Shown here piece by piece: positions 1-10,061 of a stretch of DNA of 64,000 nucleotides. This DNA comes from an uncultured Acidimicrobiaceae bacterium (GTDB lineage: Bacteria; Actinomycetota; Acidimicrobiia; Acidimicrobiales; RAAP-2), in assembly GCA_963809715.1 (NCBI GenBank), contig CAWEKO010000002.1, positions 189,665 through 253,664 of the forward strand, written 5' to 3'. Numbering within the stretch: the stretch's first letter is position 1; each line of letters begins with the position of its first letter. The notes below the pieces were generated by a model, which had not been told where the DNA came from, ran no database searches, and worked only from the letters and a program-made list of their open reading frames with translations. The translations under genes and the position numbers were made by a program.

Positions 1-279
1 TGGCGAGGCGCAACGAGAGCCGCGGCAGTCATGATCGACCGACCAATGGATGCGGCCCCAGTGCTCACGGTTCGAGAAACCGTCGCGACGCGGCTGGCCG
101 GCATCTTTGAGACCGCAGACGACCTCTCGCATCTCCTGATCGTCTGCGGCCAACGCGGTCGGGGTGCCCTACCCAGTACGTTGCTTGGCGGCATGTCGCG
201 TATCCTGGTATCCGATACTCGGTGCCAAATGTTCATTGCTCCAGACACTCGCAGGCAAACACTGAGAGTTGATGTCTGA
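1..279 (+). CDS. universal stress protein family, C-terminal part (5' end outside window)
   Basis: Frame 1 is open from base 1. The tail LLIVCGQRGRGALPSTLLGGMSRILVSDTRCQMFIAP resembles the USP G-x2-G-x9-G(S/T) nucleotide-binding end. Confidence 0.5.
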   Translation, partial: WRGATRAAAVMIDRPMDAAPVLTVRETVATRLAGIFETADDLSHLLIVCGQRGRGALPSTLLGGMSRILVSDTRCQMFIAPDTRRQTLRVDV

Positions 280-383
280 TCGACATGGCTCTTTGACAGT
301 ACGGACCGAGGCTCCTGCAACGGTCCCACCTGTCCTCATCTTGGGTGTCGCGACATACTCTTCAACGCGAAAGGCAGAGAGTC

Positions 384-1793
384 ATGGCGAATACCGGAAC
401 CGCTCCACGGTCGACGATCTTCGTACTTTTCGGGGCGACGGGGGACCTCGCTCGTCGGTTGGTGCTGCCCGCCTTTTACCGCCTGGCCATAGCGGGCCTG
501 CTTCCCGAGGACTGGCGGATAATTGCCGCGGGTCGCGGCGAGGTCTCCGACAGTGATTTTCAGGAGGAGGTACGAAGCACCCTCGAGGAATTCGGACCAC
601 GACCGTCGGAGGGGCCCTGGGAAGACGTACGCAGTCGCCTGCTCTTTGCCGGAGGCGGTTTCCGTGCGGACGACCCCGGAAGCCTTCTTGACGTCTTGGC
701 CCGAGCGAGAAGAGAAATGGGCGGAAACCCCCAGTTGATTCATTACATGGCTGTGCCGCCTTCTGCGTTCGGGCCATTGACCGAGGCGATCGGCGTGCAC
801 GGTCTCGCTACCGGCTCCCGAGTCGTGTACGAGAAGCCGTTCGGGTCATCTCTGGAATCGTTCCGACAACTCGACAGCATCGCACATGCCACCTTCGAAG
901 AATCGCAGATCTACCGAATCGATCACTTTCTCGGAAAGGAGGCGACGCAGAATATTCATGTCATCCGGTTCGCGAACGGCCTCTTTGCAGGTGCCTGGGA
1001 TAGGTCCCATATCGAGAACATACAGATCGACGTGCCAGAGACACTCGACGTCGCAATGCGAGCGAACTTTTACGACGCGACCGGGGCCATCCTGGACATG
1101 TTGGTGACCCACCTGTTCCAGATTGCCGGCGAACTTGCAATGGAGCCACCACACTGCCTCGAGCCCGACTGCCTGGCGGAGGCACGCGAGGCGGTCATCG
1201 GCTGTTTTCGGCCTTTGAATGCGGCGGATGTGGTGGTGGGGCAGTATGACGGATACCGGGGCACGGGCGATGTTCCAGCGGATTCCCGCACCGAGACGTA
1301 CGTTGCCGCTCGATTGTGGGTCGACAACGAACGCTGGGCCGGAGTGCCCTTTCTTCTGCGAACTGGCAAATGCCTGGTTGAGAGCCGGCAGAGGGTCAGT
1401 GTTGTGTTCAAAGACGCAGTTCCCGGTCTCCCAGGTCAGCCAGGCGGTGGAAGTATCCTCGGCTTTGAGCTGTCCGGTGAAGGCGAGATCGAATTGGGAC
1501 TCGTCATCAAGACGCCGGGGCCAGAGATGGACCTTGGGGTAGGGAGGACCGTGCTGCCCCTGGGATCGGCGAGCAACGGTCCATCGCTCCCCGCATACTC
1601 GCTGCTTCTCCACGATGTTCTGACTGGCGACCGCTCGCTCTTCACCCGACCGGACGGACTCGAGCACGTATGGACGGTGGCTGATGGCATTTTAGAGAAC
1701 AAGCCTGAGCCCGTTCGGTACCCGCGGGGTTCGTGGGGCCCGCCCGAGGCCGTGGCATTGGCGCACCCGCAGGCCTGGGTCCTAGGTGAATGA
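384..1793 (+). CDS. zwf: glucose-6-phosphate 1-dehydrogenase
   Basis: FVLFGATGDLARR NADP motif, EKPFG, and RIDHFLGKE active-site signature. Start moved from GTG 345 to ATG 384 (MANTG...). Confidence 0.93.
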   Translation: MANTGTAPRSTIFVLFGATGDLARRLVLPAFYRLAIAGLLPEDWRIIAAGRGEVSDSDFQEEVRSTLEEFGPRPSEGPWEDVRSRLLFAGGGFRADDPGSLLDVLARARREMGGNPQLIHYMAVPPSAFGPLTEAIGVHGLATGSRVVYEKPFGSSLESFRQLDSIAHATFEESQIYRIDHFLGKEATQNIHVIRFANGLFAGAWDRSHIENIQIDVPETLDVAMRANFYDATGAILDMLVTHLFQIAGELAMEPPHCLEPDCLAEAREAVIGCFRPLNAADVVVGQYDGYRGTGDVPADSRTETYVAARLWVDNERWAGVPFLLRTGKCLVESRQRVSVVFKDAVPGLPGQPGGGSILGFELSGEGEIELGLVIKTPGPEMDLGVGRTVLPLGSASNGPSLPAYSLLLHDVLTGDRSLFTRPDGLEHVWTVADGILENKPEPVRYPRGSWGPPEAVALAHPQAWVLGE

Positions 1794-2599
1794 GCCCAAA
1801 TCACGGTGGTTGTGTCACTCTCGACATTCGCAAGCCGGGATTGCCGACCTGAGTCAAGCTCTCTCGGATGAACCGCTGAGACCGTTGGGTCTCAGCAATG
1901 AACCCCACGAAGGCGGAGCCAGCTGATCATGAGACAGCGCCGTCTTCGAGCCGATCTTCAAAGGTCCGTGGCCCAGCCGGCCCCGTTTTCCGGATAGCAG
2001 CGCCTCGCCGGCCACGGAATGTCTCGAAAGCCCACGCCAAGTGGGCACAAGGTGCATCTTTCTCCATGCGCTTCGCGTGCGGCGACCCATCTCAACGAGG
2101 TCCTTCGTCCCCGACCGGCGATATCGAGTGGAGTCGGAGGGCTTATTGGGCTGTGGCAGTCAGCGCCTCTCCGACATCACTCTGTGCGATCGGTTGTACG
2201 AGTGGTGACGCGATCGTCGCCGTCCCTTCTTGCAGTGTCCAGCCGCGCGACCCTGCGCAGCGTCGTCGTGGAACTGGGTGGCGCGAACCACGGTCCACGA
2301 GCGTGGTCCAGATGTCACCAGCGCTCCAGCTCGCGCTTGGCCCGAGAGTCCGGCCCACGCCGGCCGTTGCTATCCCGACGATGGGCAATGGTACGCAATG
2401 GCGGCGGACGTCGACGAAGGTCCACGAGAGAGAACCGGGCAGCCTCCCCGGTGAGGGACCGCAATGCCATCGGAGTCGTCGAGAGCAGGCCCAGGGCTCT
2501 TCGTTCGGCGTCGCTGGCGCGATGCCGTCATGATGGGATCATGAGAACGCTGTCAGTTCCCGTGGTCAGGCAGACTCGTGGAAGCGATTGGAGGGTGAC

Positions 2600-3610
2600 A
2601 TGCCAGCTGTAACCGTGGATGACCTGTCGAGGTTGCCAAAGGTGCCTGCTCAGGACCGGGAGACGGCCAGCGAGCGGACGGTCAGGTCCGTGACCACGGC
2701 GCCGACCGGTCTCGAAGGGGAAGGGTTTCCGGTACGCCGGGCGTTCGCCGGCCTCAGCCTGGCCGATCTTGATCCGTTCGTTCATATGGACCAGATGGGC
2801 GAAGTGAACTACGCCCCCGGTGAACCCAAAGGAACCCCATGGCATCCACATCGGGGTTTCGAGACGGTGACGTACATGATCGATGGGACCTTTGCTCACC
2901 AGGATTCCCAAGGTGGTGGTGGACTCATCACCGACGGAGCTACCCAGTGGATGACTGCGGGGGGCGGGATTTTGCACATTGAAACGCCCCCCGAGGAGCT
3001 GGTCGTCTCGGGCGGTCTCTTTCACGGGGTTCAGCTCTGGGTGAATCTGCCGGCAAGGGAAAAGATGATTCCTCCGGCGTACCAGGGCCTCGAAGCGGAG
3101 CAGGTGACCCTCGTTTCGACGACGGATGGAGGAAGCCTGGTGCGGGTTATTGCCGGCCAGCTGGGTGAGCACCGAGGTCCTGGCTCCACCCACACGCCGA
3201 TGACACTGATGCATGCAAGCCTCTCACCCGGGGCACTGCTCGAGTTGCCGTGGGACCACAGCTTCAATGCACTTGTCTACCTACTTGCGGGATCAGGAAC
3301 GGTTGGGAGTGAGGGGCGGCCGGTTCGAGCAGGTCAGCTTGCGGCGTTCGGACCCGGTGACTGGGTGGCCGTCCGGGCAGACGACCACCTCGACTCTGGA
3401 ACTGACCGCCTCGAGGTCCTGCTTCTCGGAGGTCAACCGATAAGGGAGCCGGTTGAGCACTACGGGCCGTTCGTGATGAATACCCGAGCGGAAATCGGTC
3501 AAGCGGTAGAGGACTTCGAGGCGGGACGCTTCGGAGCGATCCCTCCGAACGCACTGATGCCGCACACACCTGACCCTGATCCGATCAGAGCTGAGCAGAC
3601 TGGTATCTGA
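2600..3610 (+). CDS. pirin family protein (bicupin)
   Basis: HPHRGFETVTYMIDG cupin metal motif. GGAGGG RBS lies just upstream of ATG 2600. Confidence 0.9.
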   Translation: MPAVTVDDLSRLPKVPAQDRETASERTVRSVTTAPTGLEGEGFPVRRAFAGLSLADLDPFVHMDQMGEVNYAPGEPKGTPWHPHRGFETVTYMIDGTFAHQDSQGGGGLITDGATQWMTAGGGILHIETPPEELVVSGGLFHGVQLWVNLPAREKMIPPAYQGLEAEQVTLVSTTDGGSLVRVIAGQLGEHRGPGSTHTPMTLMHASLSPGALLELPWDHSFNALVYLLAGSGTVGSEGRPVRAGQLAAFGPGDWVAVRADDHLDSGTDRLEVLLLGGQPIREPVEHYGPFVMNTRAEIGQAVEDFEAGRFGAIPPNALMPHTPDPDPIRAEQTGI

Positions 3611-3754
3611 CGAACCGCCAAACCCTTCAATCCTCGTGATTCTGTCGTATGGGTCCCCAGCGAACGTGAAGATGGCAGCTTCGGATACGTCCTGAATTGC
3701 CGGTGAAGAGAGTCTGTCCCGCCTACTTTGATTGACGCGGGAAGCCGTTTCCCA

Positions 3755-5137
3755 TCAATTTTGCGAGAGACTCGACATTTGTGCGGCCATCGGTCTCGCT
3801 GGTGGCGGCATGTTCGCGACTGCCATGCTGAGCTCCTTGAGGGCGGCGTCGTAGATTCCCGAGAAACTCGGGAAGGGTTGGATCGTGTCCATCAGAACCG
3901 CGAGCGGGATCCGTGCCCGGATCGCCAGCGTTGCCTGCTGGAGCCACTCGCCGGCTTCGGGTCCGAGCGCATAGGCACCGGTGAGGCGAGTCCCGTCGCT
4001 GAGCAGGGTCAGGAACCCGTTCGACTCGGCGTAAGCGTGGGTATAGGTCGCTGTCTTGGGCACGTCTGACAGCGGCACGGTGACGTCATAGTCTGACTCC
4101 GCTGCCCCCACCGCCGCCGCCTGGGGATCGGTGTAGGTCACGCGTGGAACCGCCTCGTAGTTCGCTGGGCGCCTCTCGCCGGCGATGTTCGCGGCGACGA
4201 CGTCCCCCTCGTATTCGCCGACATGGGTCAGCGGCCAGATGCCGTTGACATCACCGATCGCCCACAGACGGTCACCGGCACGAAGATATTCGTCGACTGG
4301 GATTCCTTTGGGATCAACGGCGATGCCGACCGATTCGAGGCCGATGCCCTCGACGCGTGGGCGCCGGCCTGTTGCCACGAGAATCCGATCACCCCGCACT
4401 TCTTCTCCGTCGTCGAACGCCAGAACGAACCCGTTCCCTTCTCGCCGCGCTGCCGTCACCCGCCGGTTGAGTGCAAGCTCGATCCCGTCACGGCTCAGTG
4501 CGTCTCCGAGTGCCTTGCCGAGGGCCGGGGGTTCCCGGGGGACCAGGCGGTCCGCGCCCTCGACGACCAGTGCCTCACCGCCGAGGCGCCGCACGATCTG
4601 CGCGAGTTCGACGCCTGCGGCTCCACCGCCCAGGACAAGGAGACGGCGCGGGACCTCCTTCATGCTGGTGGCCTCACGGGTACCCCAGATCCCGTCGAGC
4701 TCACGCAGGCCAGGGACGGGTGGGACGAACGGATCCGCGCCGGTGGCCACGACGACGTGTTCCGCTGTGTGACTGACGTTGTCGACCTCGACCACGCCAG
4801 TCCCGGCGAGGCGGCCGGAGCCCCGCAGGAGATCGATGCCCCGGCTAGCCAACCAGTGCTCCTGACTGGCGTCGGAGTAGTTGGAGACCATGAAGTCGCG
4901 CCAGGCCAACGCGGCCTCGACGTCCACGTCGGCATGCGCACCTACCGCACGCGCACCCTGGACGGCCTCGCCCGGACGCAGAAGCGACTTCGACGGGATA
5001 CAGGCCCAGTACGAGCACTCGCCGCCGACAAGCTCTCGCTCCACAATTGCCACGTGCTTGCCACGCGCTGCGATGGCGGCCGCACAGTGTTCGCCTGGCG
5101 CACCTCCGCCGAGCACGATCACGTCGTAATCGCTCAT
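3755..5137 (-). CDS. class I pyridine nucleotide-disulfide oxidoreductase (dihydrolipoyl dehydrogenase / mercuric reductase-like)
   Basis: MSDYDVIVLGGGAPGE FAD fold; redox-active disulfide in GGECSYWACIPSK; second GGGAAGVE NAD fold. The 641-aa ORF is an artefactual 5' extension. ATG 5137 overlaps the upstream stop (ATGA). Confidence 0.88.
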   Translation of the reverse strand: MSDYDVIVLGGGAPGEHCAAAIAARGKHVAIVERELVGGECSYWACIPSKSLLRPGEAVQGARAVGAHADVDVEAALAWRDFMVSNYSDASQEHWLASRGIDLLRGSGRLAGTGVVEVDNVSHTAEHVVVATGADPFVPPVPGLRELDGIWGTREATSMKEVPRRLLVLGGGAAGVELAQIVRRLGGEALVVEGADRLVPREPPALGKALGDALSRDGIELALNRRVTAARREGNGFVLAFDDGEEVRGDRILVATGRRPRVEGIGLESVGIAVDPKGIPVDEYLRAGDRLWAIGDVNGIWPLTHVGEYEGDVVAANIAGERRPANYEAVPRVTYTDPQAAAVGAAESDYDVTVPLSDVPKTATYTHAYAESNGFLTLLSDGTRLTGAYALGPEAGEWLQQATLAIRARIPLAVLMDTIQPFPSFSGIYDAALKELSMAVANMPPPARPMAAQMSSLSQN

Positions 5138-5814
5138 GAGGGAACCTCTGTTCCTGCTTGTTCTGCCACCATGAACGTGGCGTACCAGTCGGGCCAATCC
5201 GGGTCGGCCTTGCCGATGCGCTTTTCGTGTTCGCCGTGGGCCGCGGCAGCTCGCCGCAACGCACCGGCCAGATCGCCGGCCGAACTGAACGACGTGAGAT
5301 CCGGATCGACCCGGCCGGGCAGGCGGTTGGTGACCTCCTGCAGCAGCCAGCCATTGCCGTCCGGATCCTCGAACGTGGCAAATGTGTTGTAGCTCCTGTG
5401 GTTCGGATCGGGACCGTTGACGCGGTCGCTCGTATCGTCCGGCTGGAGTTGCGCTCCCGCTGCTCCCGCGTGGAACACCTCGCTCACCTCGGCGCCTCGC
5501 TCCACGAGCTGGGTGCGTCCGGCGTCGATATCCGAGAGGATCAGATAGAGACCGTGCGCAGACCCGGGTGTTGCCGCGGTGATCTTGGTGCCGAATTGGA
5601 TGGAGCAGGGCGAACCGGGTGGCGTGAACTGAACGACACGGAAGCCGTTGTCGAAGGAGAAGTCGGCGTCGAGTCTCCATCCGAGGCCGGCGTAGAACGC
5701 CTTTGAGCGGTCGGCGTCGGCGACCGGGATGACCACCACTTCGAGCTTCAGGTCGACATTTCCTCTGCCCGTGCCACTGCCTGTCTCACGATGCTGTCCA
5801 TCAACCGTACTCAT
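5134..5814 (-). CDS. VOC / glyoxalase-bleomycin resistance family protein with C-terminal extension
   Basis: LKLEVVVIPVADADRSKAFYAGLGWRLD and TFEDPDGNGWLLQE VOC motifs. GGGAGG RBS before ATG 5814. Confidence 0.8.
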   Translation of the reverse strand: MSTVDGQHRETGSGTGRGNVDLKLEVVVIPVADADRSKAFYAGLGWRLDADFSFDNGFRVVQFTPPGSPCSIQFGTKITAATPGSAHGLYLILSDIDAGRTQLVERGAEVSEVFHAGAAGAQLQPDDTSDRVNGPDPNHRSYNTFATFEDPDGNGWLLQEVTNRLPGRVDPDLTSFSSAGDLAGALRRAAAAHGEHEKRIGKADPDWPDWYATFMVAEQAGTEVPS

Positions 5815-5925
5815 CAAGGCCTCCCTCGGCGGTAGTCCAGTTCGGGTTGTCGCACCAGGCCCATTGGAGCACACTCGAAGGAGTTGCAGCCAGAGAGAAT
5901 CCCCAGCCCGAGGAGGGGATCGACG

Positions 5926-6783
5926 TCAGGAAGTTGGTGTCGGCACCGGATGCGAGTCAGACGGTACTGCTGGCGGCTCGATGTCGTCATACATCCGAAC
6001 CGCAGCGAGCAGCCCGTCCGCACCCCGTTCGAAAATGGCAATGCCCGCCTGGGGCGGAATGTCGTGTGACCCCCAGCGGACGCAGTTGTATTCCACGGCG
6101 CACCTCTGGCCGTCGTCGGTGATCTCGCAGAGCTCGGACTGGAGGCCGCCCCCGCGAAAATATTCGAAGAAGAACGCTCGGAGTTCCTCCGTCCCACGGT
6201 GCCAGGCTTGAGGACCGAAAGGTTCACGAAAGTACCCGTCCCGCTGGAATGTCCGCAGAATCCCGTCGGTGTCGCCGCCCTCCGATGCCCTCTGGTAGCG
6301 GCCGACGACGTCATCAGGCTCGTGAGCTCCGGGATTCAGGATGGGAGGCCGCACGTGGCGATGTCCTTCGACTGGCCACGTGCTGCAATAGGTGCGGAAC
6401 ACGACCGAACGTTCGTCGGGGGACTCGGCGACCACGGCGATCGGCCACGAGACGATCTGTCCATCCTGTTCGAGGCTGGCCAGTAGCTCCACAACGGCTC
6501 TTTGGCCGTCGTATGTGGCGGCAACGGTCTCTGTTCGTGCATGGTGTTCCGCCAACCAGGATTGGTTGCGGCTGACAAAGTGTCGCAACTCCTTGTGGCC
6601 GCGAACCTCGCCCACGAGGGGGTCATTGACCACGACCTGTCCTGGCCAGACCGTCCGGAGACGGTGACTGTCGCCCTGTTCGATGGCCTGGAGGTATTGC
6701 GCGACCGGGTCGTCACGTCCGGTGATTTGCGTGTCTTGGCGTGCCAGCTCGACGGCACCGACGAAATCCGGAAACCAGGGCAT
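5926..6783 (-). CDS. tandem NTF2/SnoaL-like domain protein
   Basis: Two successive roughly 130-aa halves with SnoaL-like patterning. GGAGG RBS before ATG 6783 (MPWFPDF). Confidence 0.6.
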   Translation of the reverse strand: MPWFPDFVGAVELARQDTQITGRDDPVAQYLQAIEQGDSHRLRTVWPGQVVVNDPLVGEVRGHKELRHFVSRNQSWLAEHHARTETVAATYDGQRAVVELLASLEQDGQIVSWPIAVVAESPDERSVVFRTYCSTWPVEGHRHVRPPILNPGAHEPDDVVGRYQRASEGGDTDGILRTFQRDGYFREPFGPQAWHRGTEELRAFFFEYFRGGGLQSELCEITDDGQRCAVEYNCVRWGSHDIPPQAGIAIFERGADGLLAAVRMYDDIEPPAVPSDSHPVPTPTS

Positions 6784-6879
6784 CGTGACCTCCAAGGTGG
6801 TCGACGCGGGTGAGCAGCGTCACCAAGTTATCGGGGCGGAGATGCTTCCCGCCTGGAGTTCAGGGTCCAGGTCGACCGC

Positions 6880-7668
6880 TCATTCCACGAGGTACGTCTC
6901 GTAGATCACCCCAGCAGGCTGTCGACCGCCCACGCACACGAAGACTCCTTTGTTGAGCCAACGTAACTCCGGGTCTCCGGTCTCAATCCGTACCGCCACT
7001 CGGAAGGTGTACTCGCTGGCATCGACGTCCGCGCCACGAGCGAGACGAGCGAGCACCTCAGCGCTGCCGTGGCGTACCCCGTGACCCTGAACAAGGAGCA
7101 GAGCCCCCTGGTCAGTTTCGAGTGTGTAACGAAGATCCGCCAGAGCGGTCCCGTCCGAGAGCACGGTCTGCCAATCAGCGCTGGCCCCGGATACCAACCT
7201 GCCACGGATGTCGGGGCCTTCGAAGGTTCCGTCGGTCAGGGGCACGACGCGACGGCGACCCAGGGCAGTTTCCCCGAGATCGAGTGGTTTGCCCAGCGTC
7301 GCGACGAGGCGGTAGATCATGGTGAGCCTGGGGGCGGGCAGTTGGTTCTGCCACCGGTGCCCTTGTGCAGTCGAAGCTTCTGGCGCGGGGTCGTTGCGAT
7401 GAGGTTCGAGTGCAGTGACCGTGACCTTCATCCATTCACGCAGAGGGAGAAGGCTCAGCAAATCGTCAAGTTCGGTCTGGCTCTCAGCCCGATAGAGCCC
7501 GAGAACTCGGGACTGACCGGCTCCAGCGGGTCGGTTCCAGACGCGGAGGACGTGCCCGTCTTCTGCGAGTCTGGCTGCGGCAATTGTCTCGGCACGCTCG
7601 CGATCGGCCACCTCGGCGGCTGGGGTTCCTTCGGGAACTTCGATCTCGAACTCGACCAGGAATTCCAT
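6880..7668 (-). CDS. muconolactone delta-isomerase-like domain fused to DUF3237-like domain
   Basis: N-terminal MEFLVEFEIEVPEG...LLPLREWMKVTVTALEPH parallels CatC. The C-terminal part, GRRRVVPLTDGTFEGPDIRGRLVSGASADWQ...DLRYTLETDQGALL, is DUF3237-like. GAGGAG RBS. Confidence 0.6.
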   Translation of the reverse strand: MEFLVEFEIEVPEGTPAAEVADRERAETIAAARLAEDGHVLRVWNRPAGAGQSRVLGLYRAESQTELDDLLSLLPLREWMKVTVTALEPHRNDPAPEASTAQGHRWQNQLPAPRLTMIYRLVATLGKPLDLGETALGRRRVVPLTDGTFEGPDIRGRLVSGASADWQTVLSDGTALADLRYTLETDQGALLLVQGHGVRHGSAEVLARLARGADVDASEYTFRVAVRIETGDPELRWLNKGVFVCVGGRQPAGVIYETYLVE

Positions 7669-7885
7669 GATGTACTCCTCGGCTCCGATGCGGCACCAGC
7701 ATGCCGGATCTTTCCGCATCATGTGTGAAGATCTCTGACAGTCCGGCGGTCGCGGGATCTCGGAGGCCGACGCAGTTCGGGTGTGAGACCATCTACCGGG
7801 CCGTCGGATGCGACCTGAGGAATGGGGCCGTCCGAGTCAAGGAAAGACCGAGCAGACCCTGAGCGAGCCAGAGGAGGAACCCGGA

Positions 7886-8710
7886 GTGAGCACCATCACG
7901 ACCAGCGACGGCACGGAGATCTTTTACAAGGACTGGGGGTCGGGCCAACCGGTCGTGTTCAGCCACGGCTGGCCCCTCTCGGCGGATGACTGGGACACGC
8001 AACTGCTCTTCTTCTTGAAGAACGGCTACCGCGTGATCGCCCATGACCGGCGGGGGCACGGCCGCTCTTCGCAGACGAGCGACGGTCACGACATGGACCA
8101 CTACGCCGATGATTTGGCCGCGGTGACCACCCATCTCGATCTTCACGACGCCGTCCATGTCGGTCACTCGACCGGAGGCGGTGAGGTGACGCGTTACATT
8201 GCCCGTCACGGCGAAAGCCGGGTCGCGAAGGCGGTGCTGATCAGTTCGGTGCCTCCGCTCATGGTGAAGACCGACGCCAATCCCGGCGGCCTACCCAAGA
8301 GCGTCTTCGACGATCTCCAGGCCCAGCTGGCTGCGAACCGGTCCGAGTTCTACCGGGCCTTGCCGTCGGGACCCTTCTACGGCTTCAACCGGCCCGGCGT
8401 CGAGCCCTCCGAGGCGATCATTCAGAACTGGTGGCGCCAAGGGATGATGGGTGGAGCGAAGGCACACTACGACGGCATCGTCGCCTTCTCGCAGACCGAC
8501 TTCACCGAAGACCTCAAGAAGATATCGGTGCCGGTCTTGGTCATGCACGGCGATGATGATCAGATCGTCCCCTACGCCGACTCCGGCCCACTTTCGGCGA
8601 AACTTGTCCAGAACGGAACGCTCAAGACCTACCCGGGGTTCCCGCACGGAATGCCGACCACCCAGGCCGAGACGATCAACGCCGACCTTTTGGCCTTTAT
8701 CCAGACCTGA
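7886..8710 (+). CDS. non-heme haloperoxidase-type alpha/beta hydrolase
   Basis: [23 protein letters not shown], nucleophile elbow GHSTGGG, and C-terminal GFPHGM. GTG 7886 follows a GAGGAGGA RBS. Confidence 0.88.
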   Translation: MSTITTSDGTEIFYKDWGSGQPVVFSHGWPLSADDWDTQLLFFLKNGYRVIAHDRRGHGRSSQTSDGHDMDHYADDLAAVTTHLDLHDAVHVGHSTGGGEVTRYIARHGESRVAKAVLISSVPPLMVKTDANPGGLPKSVFDDLQAQLAANRSEFYRALPSGPFYGFNRPGVEPSEAIIQNWWRQGMMGGAKAHYDGIVAFSQTDFTEDLKKISVPVLVMHGDDDQIVPYADSGPLSAKLVQNGTLKTYPGFPHGMPTTQAETINADLLAFIQT

Positions 8711-8806
8711 GGGCTGGCCTCTTCTCTCGAGATCGGCTTCGAGGGCGAGCGCCGCCTTTCGCGCCGTCGATCGTCTCCGGCCCCAGCAATGTGCTCGTCG
8801 GGACCG

Positions 8807-9892
8807 TCATCCCGTCACCTCGAGATTGGGCCCCACCAAGTCCGCGGCCCCGTGAAACGGGTGGGACGAGTGCCGTTGGGCCGCCTCGGTGATTGCCTGT
8901 TGATAGGCCGCGACGTACTGGTCGACCATTCGCTCGCTGCTGAATCGCCGAACCGCGAGCGTGCGAACTGCGGCTCGGTCAAAGCGGCTGATGGTCTTGA
9001 CCGCCTCGGCCGCCGAGGCAACGTCGGCAACGAGAGTGCCCGTGGTTCCCTCGATGATGAGTTCCCGCATCGATCCGCGATCGAAGGCAATCACCGGGGT
9101 TCCACAGGCCATCGCTTCGACGACCGAGAGACCGAACGGCTCGTCGAAGTTCACGAGGTGGAGAAGGGCTTGTGCCCCGCCGAGGAACGTTGAGCGATCC
9201 TCTGCACGAACGGAACCGACGAATTGCACGCGATCCCCGTCAAGAAGTGGCGCGACCTCTTTTTCGAAATACTTCTCGTCCTGAACGATTCCGGCTATCC
9301 GAAGTGGGACATCCGCCCTCCTTGCGGCTTCGATTGCGGCAACGACTCCCTTGTCCGGGTGAATCCGTCCGAAGAAGGCCACATACGAGCCCGGCGCCGA
9401 GTGGAAACGAAATGCTCGGGTGTCGATCCCGTGGTGGATCGTGCTCACATAGTCGAGGTCAGGATGCCTGTCAGCATCGCTGATGGCGACGTAGGAGGTT
9501 AAGGAGTTGTACTTGACGTACACCGGAACGATGTCGGGTGACGAGAATCCGTGGATCGTGGTGATCACAGGGGTCGCGATCAACCCGGAGTAGGTGAGCG
9601 GCAGAAAATCGAAGCTGTTGTGGATCACGTCGAACTCAGACGCCCGCTCGAAAACTTCGGAAATGTGCAGGCACTCGGCGACTTTGGGGTCGACGCTCGG
9701 GTCCTCGGACCAGCCTCGGCCAACCACGCTGCGTAAACGGGCCGAGGTTACGGAGTCACCGGTGGCGAAAAGCGTCACATCGTGGCCCCGGGCTACCAGC
9801 CCTTCGGTCAAGAGCGAGGCGAAAAGCTCCCATGGCCCGTAGTGGAGCGGAGGCACACGCCAGGAGATGGGTGCGAGCACCGCAATGCGCAC
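8807..9892 (-). CDS. glycosyltransferase family 4
   Basis: RIAVLAPISWRVPP...GHDVTLFATGDS N-terminal Rossmann half; FDEPFGLSVVEAMACGTPVIA (E-x7-E region). GTG 9892 preferred over the 443-aa ORF start, whose extra N-terminus is a low-complexity Arg/Glu tail. Confidence 0.82.
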   Translation of the reverse strand: MRIAVLAPISWRVPPLHYGPWELFASLLTEGLVARGHDVTLFATGDSVTSARLRSVVGRGWSEDPSVDPKVAECLHISEVFERASEFDVIHNSFDFLPLTYSGLIATPVITTIHGFSSPDIVPVYVKYNSLTSYVAISDADRHPDLDYVSTIHHGIDTRAFRFHSAPGSYVAFFGRIHPDKGVVAAIEAARRADVPLRIAGIVQDEKYFEKEVAPLLDGDRVQFVGSVRAEDRSTFLGGAQALLHLVNFDEPFGLSVVEAMACGTPVIAFDRGSMRELIIEGTTGTLVADVASAAEAVKTISRFDRAAVRTLAVRRFSSERMVDQYVAAYQQAITEAAQRHSSHPFHGAADLVGPNLEVTG

Positions 9893-10061
9893 GACGCTCT
9901 CAACGCCCCAGTCCCGAGCGGTCAGCCTTCTTGTCTCGTTCTTCTCTCTTCTCCTTCTTTGCCCCTCGCTTCTCCTTGAGGGACCTTCCGGGTTTCTTTC
10001 CCGATGGCTTCTGCGGGGATCTGTCGGGCATCGTGTTCTCCAATCGTGTGTGGTCGCAAGG

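Noticed and set aside
5138-5680. N-terminal 180 codons of the 641-aa ORF 3755-5680
   Set aside because: The region overlaps the VOC gene in another frame and is Arg-rich. The flavoprotein family starts at MSDYDVIVLGGG (ATG 5137).
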